Origin: Spirochaetaceae bacterium
GTDB taxonomy: Bacteria; Spirochaetota; Spirochaetia; DSM-2461
Direction: 5' to 3'
DNA length: 38,873 bases
NCBI GenBank assembly: GCA_051531975.1
Contig: JAOPTT010000019.1
Span: 1-38,873 of the forward strand
The notes beneath the pieces were generated by a model. The model was not told where the DNA came from. It did not search any database and was given only the letters and a program-made list of their open reading frames with translations. Made by a program: the position numbers and the translations under genes. Positions within the stretch are counted from its first letter, which is position 1, and every line of letters starts with the position of its first letter. Positions 1 to 9,033 of this stretch are shown piece after piece.

Positions 1-786
1 AATTTAATTAAATCCAGATCCGAAAAAATATATGTCGCAACAAAGTGTGGTAGGTTTATAAATCCCCATATAAGTGAAAATTACAATCCGGAAATTTTGA
101 AGAAATTTGTTGAGGATAGCCTTACAAATATGAATTTAGAAGTTCTGGATCTTGTTCAACTTCATTGTGCACCAAAAGAAGTATATTCTAGACCAGATAT
201 TTTTGAAGCTTTTAATGAGTTAAAAAAAGAAGGTAAAATAATTAACTTTGGAGTGAGTGTAGAAAAGATAGAAGAAGCGTTAAAAGCAATAGAATACGAC
301 AATGTTACAACTGTACAATTAATATATAATATGTTCAGACAGCGGCCAAATGAGTTGTTTTTTAAAGAGGCTGCTAAAAAGAATGTAGGTATAATAGTAA
401 GAGTTCCTTTAGCAAGTGGACTTCTTACTGGTAAATTTACAAAAGATAGTAAATTTGCAGATGGCGATCATAGGTTTTTTAATAGAAATGGTGAAGCTTT
501 TGACAAAGGTGAGACTTTTTCCGGTGTAGACTATAATCGAGGTTTAGAAGCTGTGAAAGAGTTAAAAAAAGTATTTCCTACGGATAAAAACATAGCACCT
601 GTTGCTCTTAAGTGGATATTAGAATCTAAAGAGGTCAGTTGCATAATACCTGGAGCATCAAGATTAGAGCATGTAACATCAAACATTGCATCTGTAGATA
701 GACAAAACTTAACTAATGAGCAATTAACCAGTGTAAAAAAGATATATGAAGACTATATAAAAGAAAGTGTTCATCAAAGATGGTAA
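1..786 (+). CDS. Aldo/keto reductase (5' end lies outside the window)
   Basis: Frame is open from base 1 (NLIKSRSEKIYVATKCG), so the ORF-track start at 97 is not the true start. AKR motifs: IYVATK, LDLVQLH, GKIINFGVS, RVPLASGLLTG, IIPGAS. Confidence 0.9.
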   Translation, partial: NLIKSRSEKIYVATKCGRFINPHISENYNPEILKKFVEDSLTNMNLEVLDLVQLHCAPKEVYSRPDIFEAFNELKKEGKIINFGVSVEKIEEALKAIEYDNVTTVQLIYNMFRQRPNELFFKEAAKKNVGIIVRVPLASGLLTGKFTKDSKFADGDHRFFNRNGEAFDKGETFSGVDYNRGLEAVKELKKVFPTDKNIAPVALKWILESKEVSCIIPGASRLEHVTSNIASVDRQNLTNEQLTSVKKIYEDYIKESVHQRW

Positions 787-839
787 GCATTTAGATGTTT
801 TCGTAAATAAATGTTAAAAAATTATTAAGGAGAAACTCA

Positions 840-1802
840 ATGAACAAGAATTTTAATAAAGAACCATACATAATATACGGTGGTATGGGTTTAGGTGGTG
901 AGTGGGGTAAAATTAATCCATTGACTGAAATTGACTATGAAGAAGGCAGAATAGCCTTAGACACTGCAATAGAGTGTGGCATTAATTTTATAGACCTAGC
1001 AGATATATATAGAGAAGGGAAATCTGAACTTGTTGTTGGTAATTATTTAAAATCTAAACTAGGACTAAGAGAGAAACTCATTATACAATCTAAGGTTGGT
1101 ATACATTTGACAGGAGCAGAATTTGGTTCAAGATTTGACTTTTCATACAAACATATTATCAGTTCTGTAGATCAGATTTTAGAGCGAATAGGTACTGATT
1201 ATCTAGATATTCTACTACTACATAGACCTGATCCACTTTTAGATAGAGATGAGATAAAAAAGGCTATTGATGAACTTTTTGATTCTGGTAAAATTAGGGA
1301 TCTAGGTGTCTCTAATATGGATCATCATCAGATTCAGTTATTAGAAGCCTACACAGGAAGGAAAATGGTAGCCAATCAATTAGAACTTAGCCTATTGAAA
1401 ACCGATTTTGTTAGTAGTGCTGTTGGTTTTAATAATTACTTTAGCTTAGGAACCAATTTCCCTCTTGGGACAATTGAACATAGTATTTTAAATAATATTA
1501 GTCTTCAGTCATGGAGCCCTATAGCAAGAGGTATATATACTGGGAAAAAATTAGATAAGAATACTCCTCAAACTGTTATAAATACAAAAAAAATTGTTGA
1601 AAGGTTAGCTAAAGAGAAAAATGTCTCAACGGATGCTATTGTAATTGCTTGGTTAATGAAACACCCAGCAAAAATTAATCCTGTAATAGGAAGTAAAAAT
1701 CCACAAAGAATTAAAAATGCTGTTGAGGCTTATTCTGTAGAACTATCTAGGGACGAGTGGTATGAATTAGTCGTATCATCTACTGGTAAACCGATGCCGT
1801 AA
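840..1802 (+). CDS. Aldo/keto reductase, YdhF/YcsN-like
   Basis: DLADIY (catalytic D/Y), IQSKVG, LLLHRPDPL, LGVSN, NQLELS, WSP, HPAKINPVIGS. AAGGAG RBS upstream. Confidence 0.9.
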   Translation: MNKNFNKEPYIIYGGMGLGGEWGKINPLTEIDYEEGRIALDTAIECGINFIDLADIYREGKSELVVGNYLKSKLGLREKLIIQSKVGIHLTGAEFGSRFDFSYKHIISSVDQILERIGTDYLDILLLHRPDPLLDRDEIKKAIDELFDSGKIRDLGVSNMDHHQIQLLEAYTGRKMVANQLELSLLKTDFVSSAVGFNNYFSLGTNFPLGTIEHSILNNISLQSWSPIARGIYTGKKLDKNTPQTVINTKKIVERLAKEKNVSTDAIVIAWLMKHPAKINPVIGSKNPQRIKNAVEAYSVELSRDEWYELVVSSTGKPMP

Positions 1803-1808
1803 CTTTAT

Positions 1809-1835
1809 TCTCATGGGTAGATGCTATCCATGAGA
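1809..1835 (+). terminator. Stem-loop just after the AKR pair, possible terminator or 3' stabiliser
   Basis: TCTCATGGGTAG-ATG-CTATCCATGAGA: 12-bp stem with one G-U pair. No U-tract follows. Confidence 0.5.
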
Positions 1836-2040
1836 CGAAAGAATTTATGTTCATTTAATGTAAATCTAAATATTATTTCAATACAAAAACCTCTACAGAT
1901 ACGCGATAATAATGTTAAACTATATATAGAACTTATAGATGCGACTATACAGTAAGGGTGTCTTTTTTTTCTCTCTATTATTTTCTTTATGCCTTATACT
2001 TTAAGTAGTAGTTAAAAATAATATTATTAAGGAGTTAAAT

Positions 2041-3375
2041 ATGGGAGTAGTAAATAATGATTCTAGTGGTAATAATAAAGTTAAAACGTTCGTTATTGAT
2101 ACCAACGTTTTAATTCACCGACCCGAGGCTATCTTCTCTTTTAGAAATAGTAATGTTGCTATACCAATAGAGGTATTTGAAGAGTTAGATAAGTTAAAAT
2201 CTGAACACCATTCAGGTAGAGGTAAAAGTGCTAGACAAGCCTGTAGATTAATAGATGGAATAATAAGTAAAAGAGATGTCTCTAAAGGAGTTAAAATGCC
2301 CAGTGGTGGTGTTTTAATCATTCCAATTTTAGAGGATTTTAAGGAATTCCATGGTTTAATAAAAGGTAAAAAAGATAACCATATACTTTTAACAGCTCTA
2401 GCTTTAAAAGAGAAGGGAGACCAGGTCTTTTTTGTATCTAAGGATATTAATGCCAGGATAAAAGCAGAGGCTTTAGGCATTAGAGCTGTAGATTATGAGA
2501 AACATAAAGTCAGTATGAGCGACCAATATACAGGTTATGTTGAACTTGAAGTTTCTGAAGCTAAATGTAAAGAGTTAGAAGAGATGAAGTCAGTAGAACT
2601 AGAGGGAAACTTTTACCCTAATCAGTACTGTTTTTTATCTAGTAAAAAATCAAATACAATTTATATGGGACGTTACGATAAAGATGCTGAGTGTTTTAGA
2701 CATGTACCCTCTACTATGGAGGAAGATGTAACTGGAATATCTGCGCTAAATACACAACAAAGAATAGCATTTGATGCTCTATTAAACCCAAAAATAAAAT
2801 TAGTAACTTTAGTAGGTGCTGCGGGGACTGGTAAAACTCTGCTTGCTATAGCATCAGGGCTTAAAGAAGTATTAGAGACCAAAGAGTACTCTAGAGTATT
2901 AGTAAGTAGACCTGTTGTTCCTATGGGACATGATATAGGATATCTACCAGGGGAAAAGTCACAAAAAATGTCACCTTGGATGCAACCAATATTTGATAAC
3001 TTAGAGTTTATTATTGAAAGGTCAAATAAACAGAATGTTAAAAGCGCCGATCAGTTAATAAATAATAAAATATTAGAAATTGAAGCTTTAACTTATATAA
3101 GGGGACGAAGTCTTCCAAAACAGTTTATTATTATAGACGAAGCACAAAACTTAAGTTCCCACGAGATTAAAACAATTGTAAGTAGAGCAGGGGAAGGAAC
3201 TAAAGTAATATTAACTGGGGATCCTCACCAGATAGATAACCCATATTTAGATGCTGAATCTAACGGTTTAATTACCTTAGTTGAAGCCTTTAAAGATGAG
3301 GAAGTCTCTGCCCATGTAACATTAACTAAAACAGAAAGAAGCTCATTAGCTGAGTTAGCTACTAAACTTCTTTAG
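2041..3375 (+). CDS. PIN-PhoH fusion protein (PhoH2/YlaK family ribonuclease-ATPase)
   Basis: N-terminal PIN domain (FVIDTNVL, EELD, DNHIL, VSKDINARIKA). PhoH domain with Walker A GAAGTGKT, IGYLPG, YIRGRS, IIDEAQN, TGDPHQID, ERS. Confidence 0.92.
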   Translation: MGVVNNDSSGNNKVKTFVIDTNVLIHRPEAIFSFRNSNVAIPIEVFEELDKLKSEHHSGRGKSARQACRLIDGIISKRDVSKGVKMPSGGVLIIPILEDFKEFHGLIKGKKDNHILLTALALKEKGDQVFFVSKDINARIKAEALGIRAVDYEKHKVSMSDQYTGYVELEVSEAKCKELEEMKSVELEGNFYPNQYCFLSSKKSNTIYMGRYDKDAECFRHVPSTMEEDVTGISALNTQQRIAFDALLNPKIKLVTLVGAAGTGKTLLAIASGLKEVLETKEYSRVLVSRPVVPMGHDIGYLPGEKSQKMSPWMQPIFDNLEFIIERSNKQNVKSADQLINNKILEIEALTYIRGRSLPKQFIIIDEAQNLSSHEIKTIVSRAGEGTKVILTGDPHQIDNPYLDAESNGLITLVEAFKDEEVSAHVTLTKTERSSLAELATKLL

Positions 3376-3381
3376 TTATCA

Positions 3382-3741
3382 TTAAAGACCCAGGGTCTCC
3401 TTGATATCTGCTAACAATATATCAGAGTCAAAGGGACCCATATATTTAATTTTTTTGTTCACAGTTAAAATAGGAAATGAAAAACTCATATTTATTAGTG
3501 TTGCAACATCTTTATATTCTGATAAATCTTCTGAGTGAATATCTCTAAACTCTACAGATATAGAACCGGAAAGCTCTGCCTTTTTAACGGAGTTTAACAG
3601 TTGTTCTGTTAGTTCTTCCGATGTAACTTGGGGAGTATTGTCTGTACATAAGTGTTCTGATTTATCATCACATCCACTACAAGATGTACAGCTACTTGTT
3701 ATTACTTTTGTCTCTTCGCCAAATAAAATAATCTCATTCAT
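3382..3741 (-). CDS. Small Cys-cluster protein with a possible thioredoxin-like fold
   Basis: N-terminal CTSCSGC...C, and a FPILTVN segment resembling the cis-Pro strand of Trx-like folds. Promoter-like signals directly upstream. Confidence 0.6.
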   Translation of the reverse strand: MNEIILFGEETKVITSSCTSCSGCDDKSEHLCTDNTPQVTSEELTEQLLNSVKKAELSGSISVEFRDIHSEDLSEYKDVATLINMSFSFPILTVNKKIKYMGPFDSDILLADIKETLGL

Positions 3742-3747
3742 TCCTAT

Positions 3748-3776
3748 ATTTTGCCTTTTTATAAAAATAAAGTAAA
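3748..3776 (-). promoter_or_regulatory. Putative sigma70 promoter, leaderless arrangement
   Basis: Minus strand: TTTACT-N17-CAAAAT-N6-ATG(3741). Confidence 0.4.
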
Positions 3777-3830
3777 GATTTATCGAATAGATCTAGCAAA
3801 GAAATTGAATATTAATATCTTTATAATTGT

Positions 3831-3859
3831 TTGCATTCTTTAAATAAGATACTTACACT
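3831..3859 (+). promoter_or_regulatory. Putative sigma70 promoter, leaderless arrangement
   Basis: TTGCAT-N17-TACACT-N6-ATG(3866). No SD sequence. Confidence 0.55.
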
Positions 3860-3865
3860 TGAAGT

Positions 3866-4075
3866 ATGAGCGATTATGAAGAGTGTCTAATTTGTAAAAA
3901 TATTATCCCAAAAAATATGGATATTTGTCCAAGTTGTGGTAACATTGTCATTAGAAGTAGTTCTGATGATACTAGGAATACTGCTGATAAAAAAATGGAA
4001 CAATTAGAGCATCTAGATCTTACATTATCAAATCTAGAACATGAGTTAGATGCTATTTTATGTAAAAAAAGATAG
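3866..4075 (+). CDS. Small zinc-ribbon protein with a C-terminal coiled coil
   Basis: CLIC...CPSC pair, then heptad-like LEHLDLTLSNLEHELDAIL. Confidence 0.7.
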   Translation: MSDYEECLICKNIIPKNMDICPSCGNIVIRSSSDDTRNTADKKMEQLEHLDLTLSNLEHELDAILCKKR

Positions 4076-4148
4076 ATATTTTATGAATTTCTATTGAATA
4101 AACTATCAAACAGTTTATTGTTAGTGTATCTTTTATTAGATGATAGAT

Positions 4149-4176
4149 TAAAGAGATAGATTCTACTTGTCGATAA
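4149..4176 (+). promoter_or_regulatory. Sigma28 (FliA/SigD)-like promoter
   Basis: TAAA-N16-GTCGATAA against consensus TAAA-N15/16-GCCGATAA. Directly upstream of fliS and its AAGGAGG RBS. Confidence 0.65.
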
Positions 4177-4203
4177 ATAATGTAATACTTTTAAGGAGGT
4201 CCT

Positions 4204-4623
4204 ATGAGGCGAGGGGCATTAAACTCATATAAAGAAACTAAAGTAACTACAGCAAGCCAGAGTAAACTAATTATTATGTTATACGATGAAGTTATTAAAC
4301 AGATCGATATTGCATCAGAGGCAGTTAATAAAAAAAAGGCCAAAGATGTATCTCATAATGCTTTTGTTAAATCCCAGGATTGTATATCAGAACTAATGGT
4401 ATCCTTGGATTTTGAAAAGGGTGGAGAGATCGCACAAAATCTTTTTAGCTTATATAACTATTTTAATAGAGAACTACTAGAAGCTAATAATTACGGAAGA
4501 TTGGAAAAAGCTGTTGCAGTACAGGACATGATGAAAGAACTTAGAGCGTCTTGGGTTTCTATTTCTGGAACAACACAGCATGAAGTTACTCCAGATCGGA
4601 TTGGGATTAATATCGCTGGATAG
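4204..4623 (+). CDS. fliS: Flagellar export chaperone FliS
   Basis: YKETKVTTASQSKLIIMLYD, ELMVSLDFEKGGEIAQNLFSLYNY, ELRASW. Strong RBS. Confidence 0.95.
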   Translation: MRRGALNSYKETKVTTASQSKLIIMLYDEVIKQIDIASEAVNKKKAKDVSHNAFVKSQDCISELMVSLDFEKGGEIAQNLFSLYNYFNRELLEANNYGRLEKAVAVQDMMKELRASWVSISGTTQHEVTPDRIGINIAG

Positions 4624-5029
4624 ACTAATAATATTACAAAATAGGGTTCTGTTAACGATTACAGATTATAGAACCCTAATAAACTCCCTAGATACTGCAT
4701 TTTCTTCTAATAAATTAGAATTGATAGATACTTTAGAACTTAGGGAAAAAGAACTTCTAAAAATCCTCACTCAGAGGATGAAAATATTCAAAGCACATAT
4801 AAAACATCTGAAAACACTCCCAAAAAAACAGGTAGAAACTATTATTAAAATCGAGACAGAAGTATATACTAAAATAGAAGACCTTAATTTAACTATAGAT
4901 AAATTCCAGAAGAAACTGCTTGCAGACCGGATAGAATTAAAGAAAGAGATGGCTATGGTTAGTAAAAGAGTAAAGCCAATGGGGCAAGGTCGAGATTACA
5001 CAGCAAGAAGGATAGATATAATAACATGA
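4580..5029 (+). CDS. Helical/coiled-coil hypothetical protein, FliT/FlgN-like position; start uncertain
   Basis: All-helical composition, lies between fliS and polA, and its stop overlaps the polA start (ATGA). Confidence 0.6.
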   Translation: MKLLQIGLGLISLDRLIILQNRVLLTITDYRTLINSLDTAFSSNKLELIDTLELREKELLKILTQRMKIFKAHIKHLKTLPKKQVETIIKIETEVYTKIEDLNLTIDKFQKKLLADRIELKKEMAMVSKRVKPMGQGRDYTARRIDIIT

Positions 5030-7710
5030 AAGAACCATTATATATTTTAGACGGATACGCACTTATATTTAGAGCATTTTATGCATTTATTAATAGACCA
5101 TTAAGAAACAGCAGTGGTTTTAATATAAGTGCCATATTTGGATTTTACCGAACTCTATTTAACTTTTTTAGAGATTATAGACCAGAAAACTTTGTAGTTG
5201 CCCTAGATAGTAAGGGTAAAACATTTAGAAGCGATATATTCCCAGAATATAAGGCCAACAGGTCTCCAGCTCCTGAGGAATTAGTTGCTCAATTTCCAAT
5301 TATAATCAAAATATTGGAAGAACTTAAAATTCCATCTGTCGCTCTACCTGGTTGGGAAGCTGATGATATTATTGGTAATCTTGCTAAACAGTGTGAGGCA
5401 GAGAACCGTGAATGTTATATAATTTCCGGGGATAAAGACCTGATGCAACTAATTACAGAGAATACCTTTTTATTAAGACCTGATGGTAAAGGTAGTTATA
5501 CTAAATATGATCCAGCAAAGGTTCTAGAAGAGAAGATGGTACGTCCTGATCAAATTATAGACCTACTATCGTTAATGGGAGATAGTGCGGATAACATTCC
5601 TGGTGTTGCAGGTATTGGTCCTAAAACTGCTAGTAAACTATTAGCAGAACATGGAACTTTAGACGAAATTTATAAAAATGTGGAATCTATTAAAGCTAAA
5701 GGTCAACGTACAAAAATGATCGATGGTAAAGAGAGTGCAATATTTAGTAAAACTCTAGTTATTTTAGATTGTGATTGCCCAATTACATTAAAACCAGAAG
5801 ATTGTGGCATGCCTCAACTTGATGGGCAAAGAAGTGCAGAGCTATTTGAAGAGTACGGTATTAAATCTATAAGCCCTGATGCTGGTAATAATAGTACAAA
5901 CTCAGAACCAAAAATTCCAGAAGCTAAAAAAGGTATTTACAAAGCTATTTTAACAGAGGCTGAACTAAATAGTCTGATAGATAGTGCAATAGAAGCTAAA
6001 ATAGTTGCTTTTGACTGTGAAACAGACTCTTTAGACGCTGTATCAGCTAATCCTGTAGGTTTCTCCATTAGTTTTATAGAAGGGGAAGCGTATTATATAC
6101 CATTAGCTGCAGAGGGTTGTGAATCTTTAGATCCTTTAGTTGTTAAATTAGAACTAGAAAGAATGTTTAAACAGTGCCAAATAATAGGCCAGAATATAAA
6201 ATATGATTATAAAGTATTAAAACAGTGGGATCTTGATATAACTAATATATATTTTGATACCATGGTTGCTGCTTGGATTCTAGACTCTTCGTTAAGAAGT
6301 TACTCTATGGATTTTTTAGCTGAGAAGTTCCTAAATTATAATACTGTCTCATTTAAAGATACTGTTCCTAAGGGTGGTATTTTTAGCGATGTACATATAG
6401 ATCAAGCTACAGAGTATGCAGCAGAAGATGCTGATATTACATTTAGACTATATAAAATATTTCAGACGGATCTGCTTAAATATGAGAAGTTAAAAGATAT
6501 ATTTTATAATATTGAAGTTCCACTAATTAGAATATTAGGTAATATGGAGTTAGAGGGTGTTATTCTAGATGGTGGCATATTAAAAGACTTCTCTAAAGAG
6601 TTAGAAATTAGCCTTGGTACTTTAGAGCAGGAAATATATAAAGAGTGTGGTAAAGAGTTTAATATTAACTCAACAAAACAGCTGCAAGAGGTTCTTTTTG
6701 TAGATAGAGGTCTAACACCTATTAAAAAAACTAAAACAGGTAACTCTACAGATACAGCAGTATTAGAGAAGTTAGCAAAAGAAGATATTGTACCAGAGAA
6801 GATAATAGAATATCGGGGTTTAGCTAAATTAAAATCTACATATGCAGACGCACTACCTAAACTAATCAATAATAAAACTGGCCGGGTTCATACCCACTTT
6901 TTGCAAACTGGAACAGCTACAGGTAGATTAAGTAGTAAAGAGCCAAACCTACAAAATATTCCGGTTAAAGATGATAGAGGAAGAAGAATCAGATCCGCTT
7001 TTATACCAAAAGAGGGCACACAATTTTTATCCGCCGATTATTCACAAATTGAACTTGTAGTACTTGCCCACTTATCAGAAGATCCAGGGTTAGTTGATGC
7101 GTATAAAAATGGTCGGGATATACATACTCAAACAGCAGCGATAATAAACGATGTTGAGTTAGATGGTGTTACTCCAGCTATGAGGCGTGTAGCTAAAACA
7201 ATTAACTTTGGTGTTATGTATGGTATGAGTGCATTTAGACTTTCAAACGAATTAGAAATTCCTCGAAGAGACGCTGCGGATTTTATAAATAGATATTTTA
7301 CAGAGTTTGCAGGTATAAAAACTTTTATGGACGAAACAGTATTAAAAGCTGAAGAGGTTGGTGGAGTTTTTACAATGTTAGGCCGTAAGAGAGTACTACC
7401 AGGTATTGCTAGTAGTAATAAAATGGTTAAAGCTGGAGCTCAAAGAGCCGCTGTTAACAGTGTTGTTCAAGGGTCAGCTGCGGATATAATGAAGCTTGCT
7501 ATGTTAGAAATTGATAGGCGTATAAAAACTGAGTGCCCAAAATCTAGACTTATTTTACAAGTTCACGATGAGTTTATATTTGAGACTGATTTAAACGAAA
7601 CAGATACGCTAAAAAAACTAGTTAAAGAGTGTATGGAAGGTGCTGTAAAATTAATTGTTCCATTAACATCATCTATAGAGTTAGGTCATAACTGGGGAGA
7701 TATCCACTAA
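5026..7710 (+). CDS. polA: DNA polymerase I
   Basis: 5'-3' exo (LDGYAL, YKANR, EADD, SGDKD, GDSADNIPGV). 3'-5' exo (FDCET, NIKYD, YAAEDAD). Polymerase motifs ADYSQIEL, RRVAKTINFG, QVHDE. Confidence 0.98.
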   Translation: MKEPLYILDGYALIFRAFYAFINRPLRNSSGFNISAIFGFYRTLFNFFRDYRPENFVVALDSKGKTFRSDIFPEYKANRSPAPEELVAQFPIIIKILEELKIPSVALPGWEADDIIGNLAKQCEAENRECYIISGDKDLMQLITENTFLLRPDGKGSYTKYDPAKVLEEKMVRPDQIIDLLSLMGDSADNIPGVAGIGPKTASKLLAEHGTLDEIYKNVESIKAKGQRTKMIDGKESAIFSKTLVILDCDCPITLKPEDCGMPQLDGQRSAELFEEYGIKSISPDAGNNSTNSEPKIPEAKKGIYKAILTEAELNSLIDSAIEAKIVAFDCETDSLDAVSANPVGFSISFIEGEAYYIPLAAEGCESLDPLVVKLELERMFKQCQIIGQNIKYDYKVLKQWDLDITNIYFDTMVAAWILDSSLRSYSMDFLAEKFLNYNTVSFKDTVPKGGIFSDVHIDQATEYAAEDADITFRLYKIFQTDLLKYEKLKDIFYNIEVPLIRILGNMELEGVILDGGILKDFSKELEISLGTLEQEIYKECGKEFNINSTKQLQEVLFVDRGLTPIKKTKTGNSTDTAVLEKLAKEDIVPEKIIEYRGLAKLKSTYADALPKLINNKTGRVHTHFLQTGTATGRLSSKEPNLQNIPVKDDRGRRIRSAFIPKEGTQFLSADYSQIELVVLAHLSEDPGLVDAYKNGRDIHTQTAAIINDVELDGVTPAMRRVAKTINFGVMYGMSAFRLSNELEIPRRDAADFINRYFTEFAGIKTFMDETVLKAEEVGGVFTMLGRKRVLPGIASSNKMVKAGAQRAAVNSVVQGSAADIMKLAMLEIDRRIKTECPKSRLILQVHDEFIFETDLNETDTLKKLVKECMEGAVKLIVPLTSSIELGHNWGDIH

Positions 7711-8291
7711 TGATAATAGCTTTATCAGGGAAGTGCTGCTCTGGTAAAAACTATATATCCTCAATTTTAGAGGATTTAGGGTACACTATAATTGATGTTG
7801 ATGAACTATCTAAAACTGTTTTTACTAGGAGTTTAAAAGAGGTCTCAGAACTTTTTGGTGACTCTGTTATAGTGGATGGAAATATAGATAGAAAAAAAGT
7901 TGGGGATATTATTTTTTCAGAGCCAGATAAACGTTTAGCACTTGAAAATATAATACACCCATTAGTTTATAAGGAAATTTTCAACACGTTAGATGATAAT
8001 CCAGAAACAAACTTTGTTGTTAATATTCCCTTATTAACTGATATTCAGCTGGTTAAAAGGTGTCGTGGAATAATTTGGATAAAATCACCCCTACTTTTAA
8101 GAATATTTAGAGCTATAAAAAGGGATAAATACAATTTTATTACCGTTTTTAAAAGAATATTGGCTCAAAAAAAACTTAGTGTTAAACATTTTATTACTAT
8201 CGTCGATATTTATTACATAAAGAACAGTTGGTTTTCTAATAAAATAGAGATGGATTTAAATAAGATTCTAGCCAAACTACAAAGAGGTTAA
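7710..8291 (+). CDS. coaE: Dephospho-CoA kinase
   Basis: GKCCSGKN P-loop, IDVD, IDRKKVGDIIF, LENIIHP. Typical position right after polA. Confidence 0.88.
   Translation: MIIALSGKCCSGKNYISSILEDLGYTIIDVDELSKTVFTRSLKEVSELFGDSVIVDGNIDRKKVGDIIFSEPDKRLALENIIHPLVYKEIFNTLDDNPETNFVVNIPLLTDIQLVKRCRGIIWIKSPLLLRIFRAIKRDKYNFITVFKRILAQKKLSVKHFITIVDIYYIKNSWFSNKIEMDLNKILAKLQRG
8183..8209 (+). promoter_or_regulatory. Sigma28-like promoter inside coaE, upstream of the SPOR gene
   Basis: TAAA-N15-GTCGATAT, about 80 nt before ATG 8293. Confidence 0.5.
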
Positions 8292-8292
8292 T

Positions 8293-8970
8293 ATGACAGA
8301 AGAAGCAAAAAAAGAGATAAATGATACAAAAATATCCACAGATACTCTCTTTGTCCTCCTACTAATAATTTGTGGTCTAGCAGCTATTCTTTTAGTTGGT
8401 TATCTACTGTATAAACCATATCAGGCAACAAATGATGTTGTAATTAGAGATATTGTAGTTTCAGGCATAACAGAAGAAGAGAGAAACCTTATTGAAAGTG
8501 TGCAGGATTCTCTAGAAAATAGTTATTTAGATGAAACCGACGGTACAGAAACAGTCGATGGCGATAAAGTAGGTGATAATAAAGAGGATGCAGTTGTAAT
8601 CGAAGATAAACCTATTTTTAAACCCCAAAGCAATAAAACTTTAAAACAGACAGCAACTAAAACCACTGTTGTTAAAAAACCAACAACACCAGAACAGAAA
8701 CTTATAACAGTTAAAGCTTACTGGATTCAGGTTGGTTCATTTTCAACTACATCCCAGGCAAATAAAAGTGTTAGTTTATTAAAAGAAAAAGGCCTATCAT
8801 CTAGAGTTGTTTTAAGCAGTGTAAATGGTAAAAGTGTATACAGGGTTAGAATCGGTGCATACGAAAGTAAAGATGAAGCGGATAAATTTACTACAGAAGT
8901 TAGAAAAATTGAAGGTTTTGAAGAGAGTTATGTTTCTGAATCAACTACGCAAAAATATGTTGATAAATAA
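8293..8970 (+). CDS. Membrane-anchored SPOR-domain protein
   Basis: N-terminal TM helix, low-complexity linker, C-terminal SPOR (YWIQVGSF...YRVRIGAY). Confidence 0.9.
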   Translation: MTEEAKKEINDTKISTDTLFVLLLIICGLAAILLVGYLLYKPYQATNDVVIRDIVVSGITEEERNLIESVQDSLENSYLDETDGTETVDGDKVGDNKEDAVVIEDKPIFKPQSNKTLKQTATKTTVVKKPTTPEQKLITVKAYWIQVGSFSTTSQANKSVSLLKEKGLSSRVVLSSVNGKSVYRVRIGAYESKDEADKFTTEVRKIEGFEESYVSESTTQKYVDK

Positions 8971-9033
8971 ATAAATAAAAAATAAACAAATCCTTGCAGT
9001 TTCTATATTTTCTATTAAAATAATAGGTAAGAT

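Noticed and set aside
1836..2040. Intergenic region before PIN-PhoH as an ncRNA or riboswitch
   Set aside because: No recognisable motif or convincing stem beyond the 1809-1835 hairpin.
2041..3375. PIN-PhoH as a toxin-antitoxin or defence locus
   Set aside because: No adjacent antitoxin ORF. The fusion is a widespread known family.
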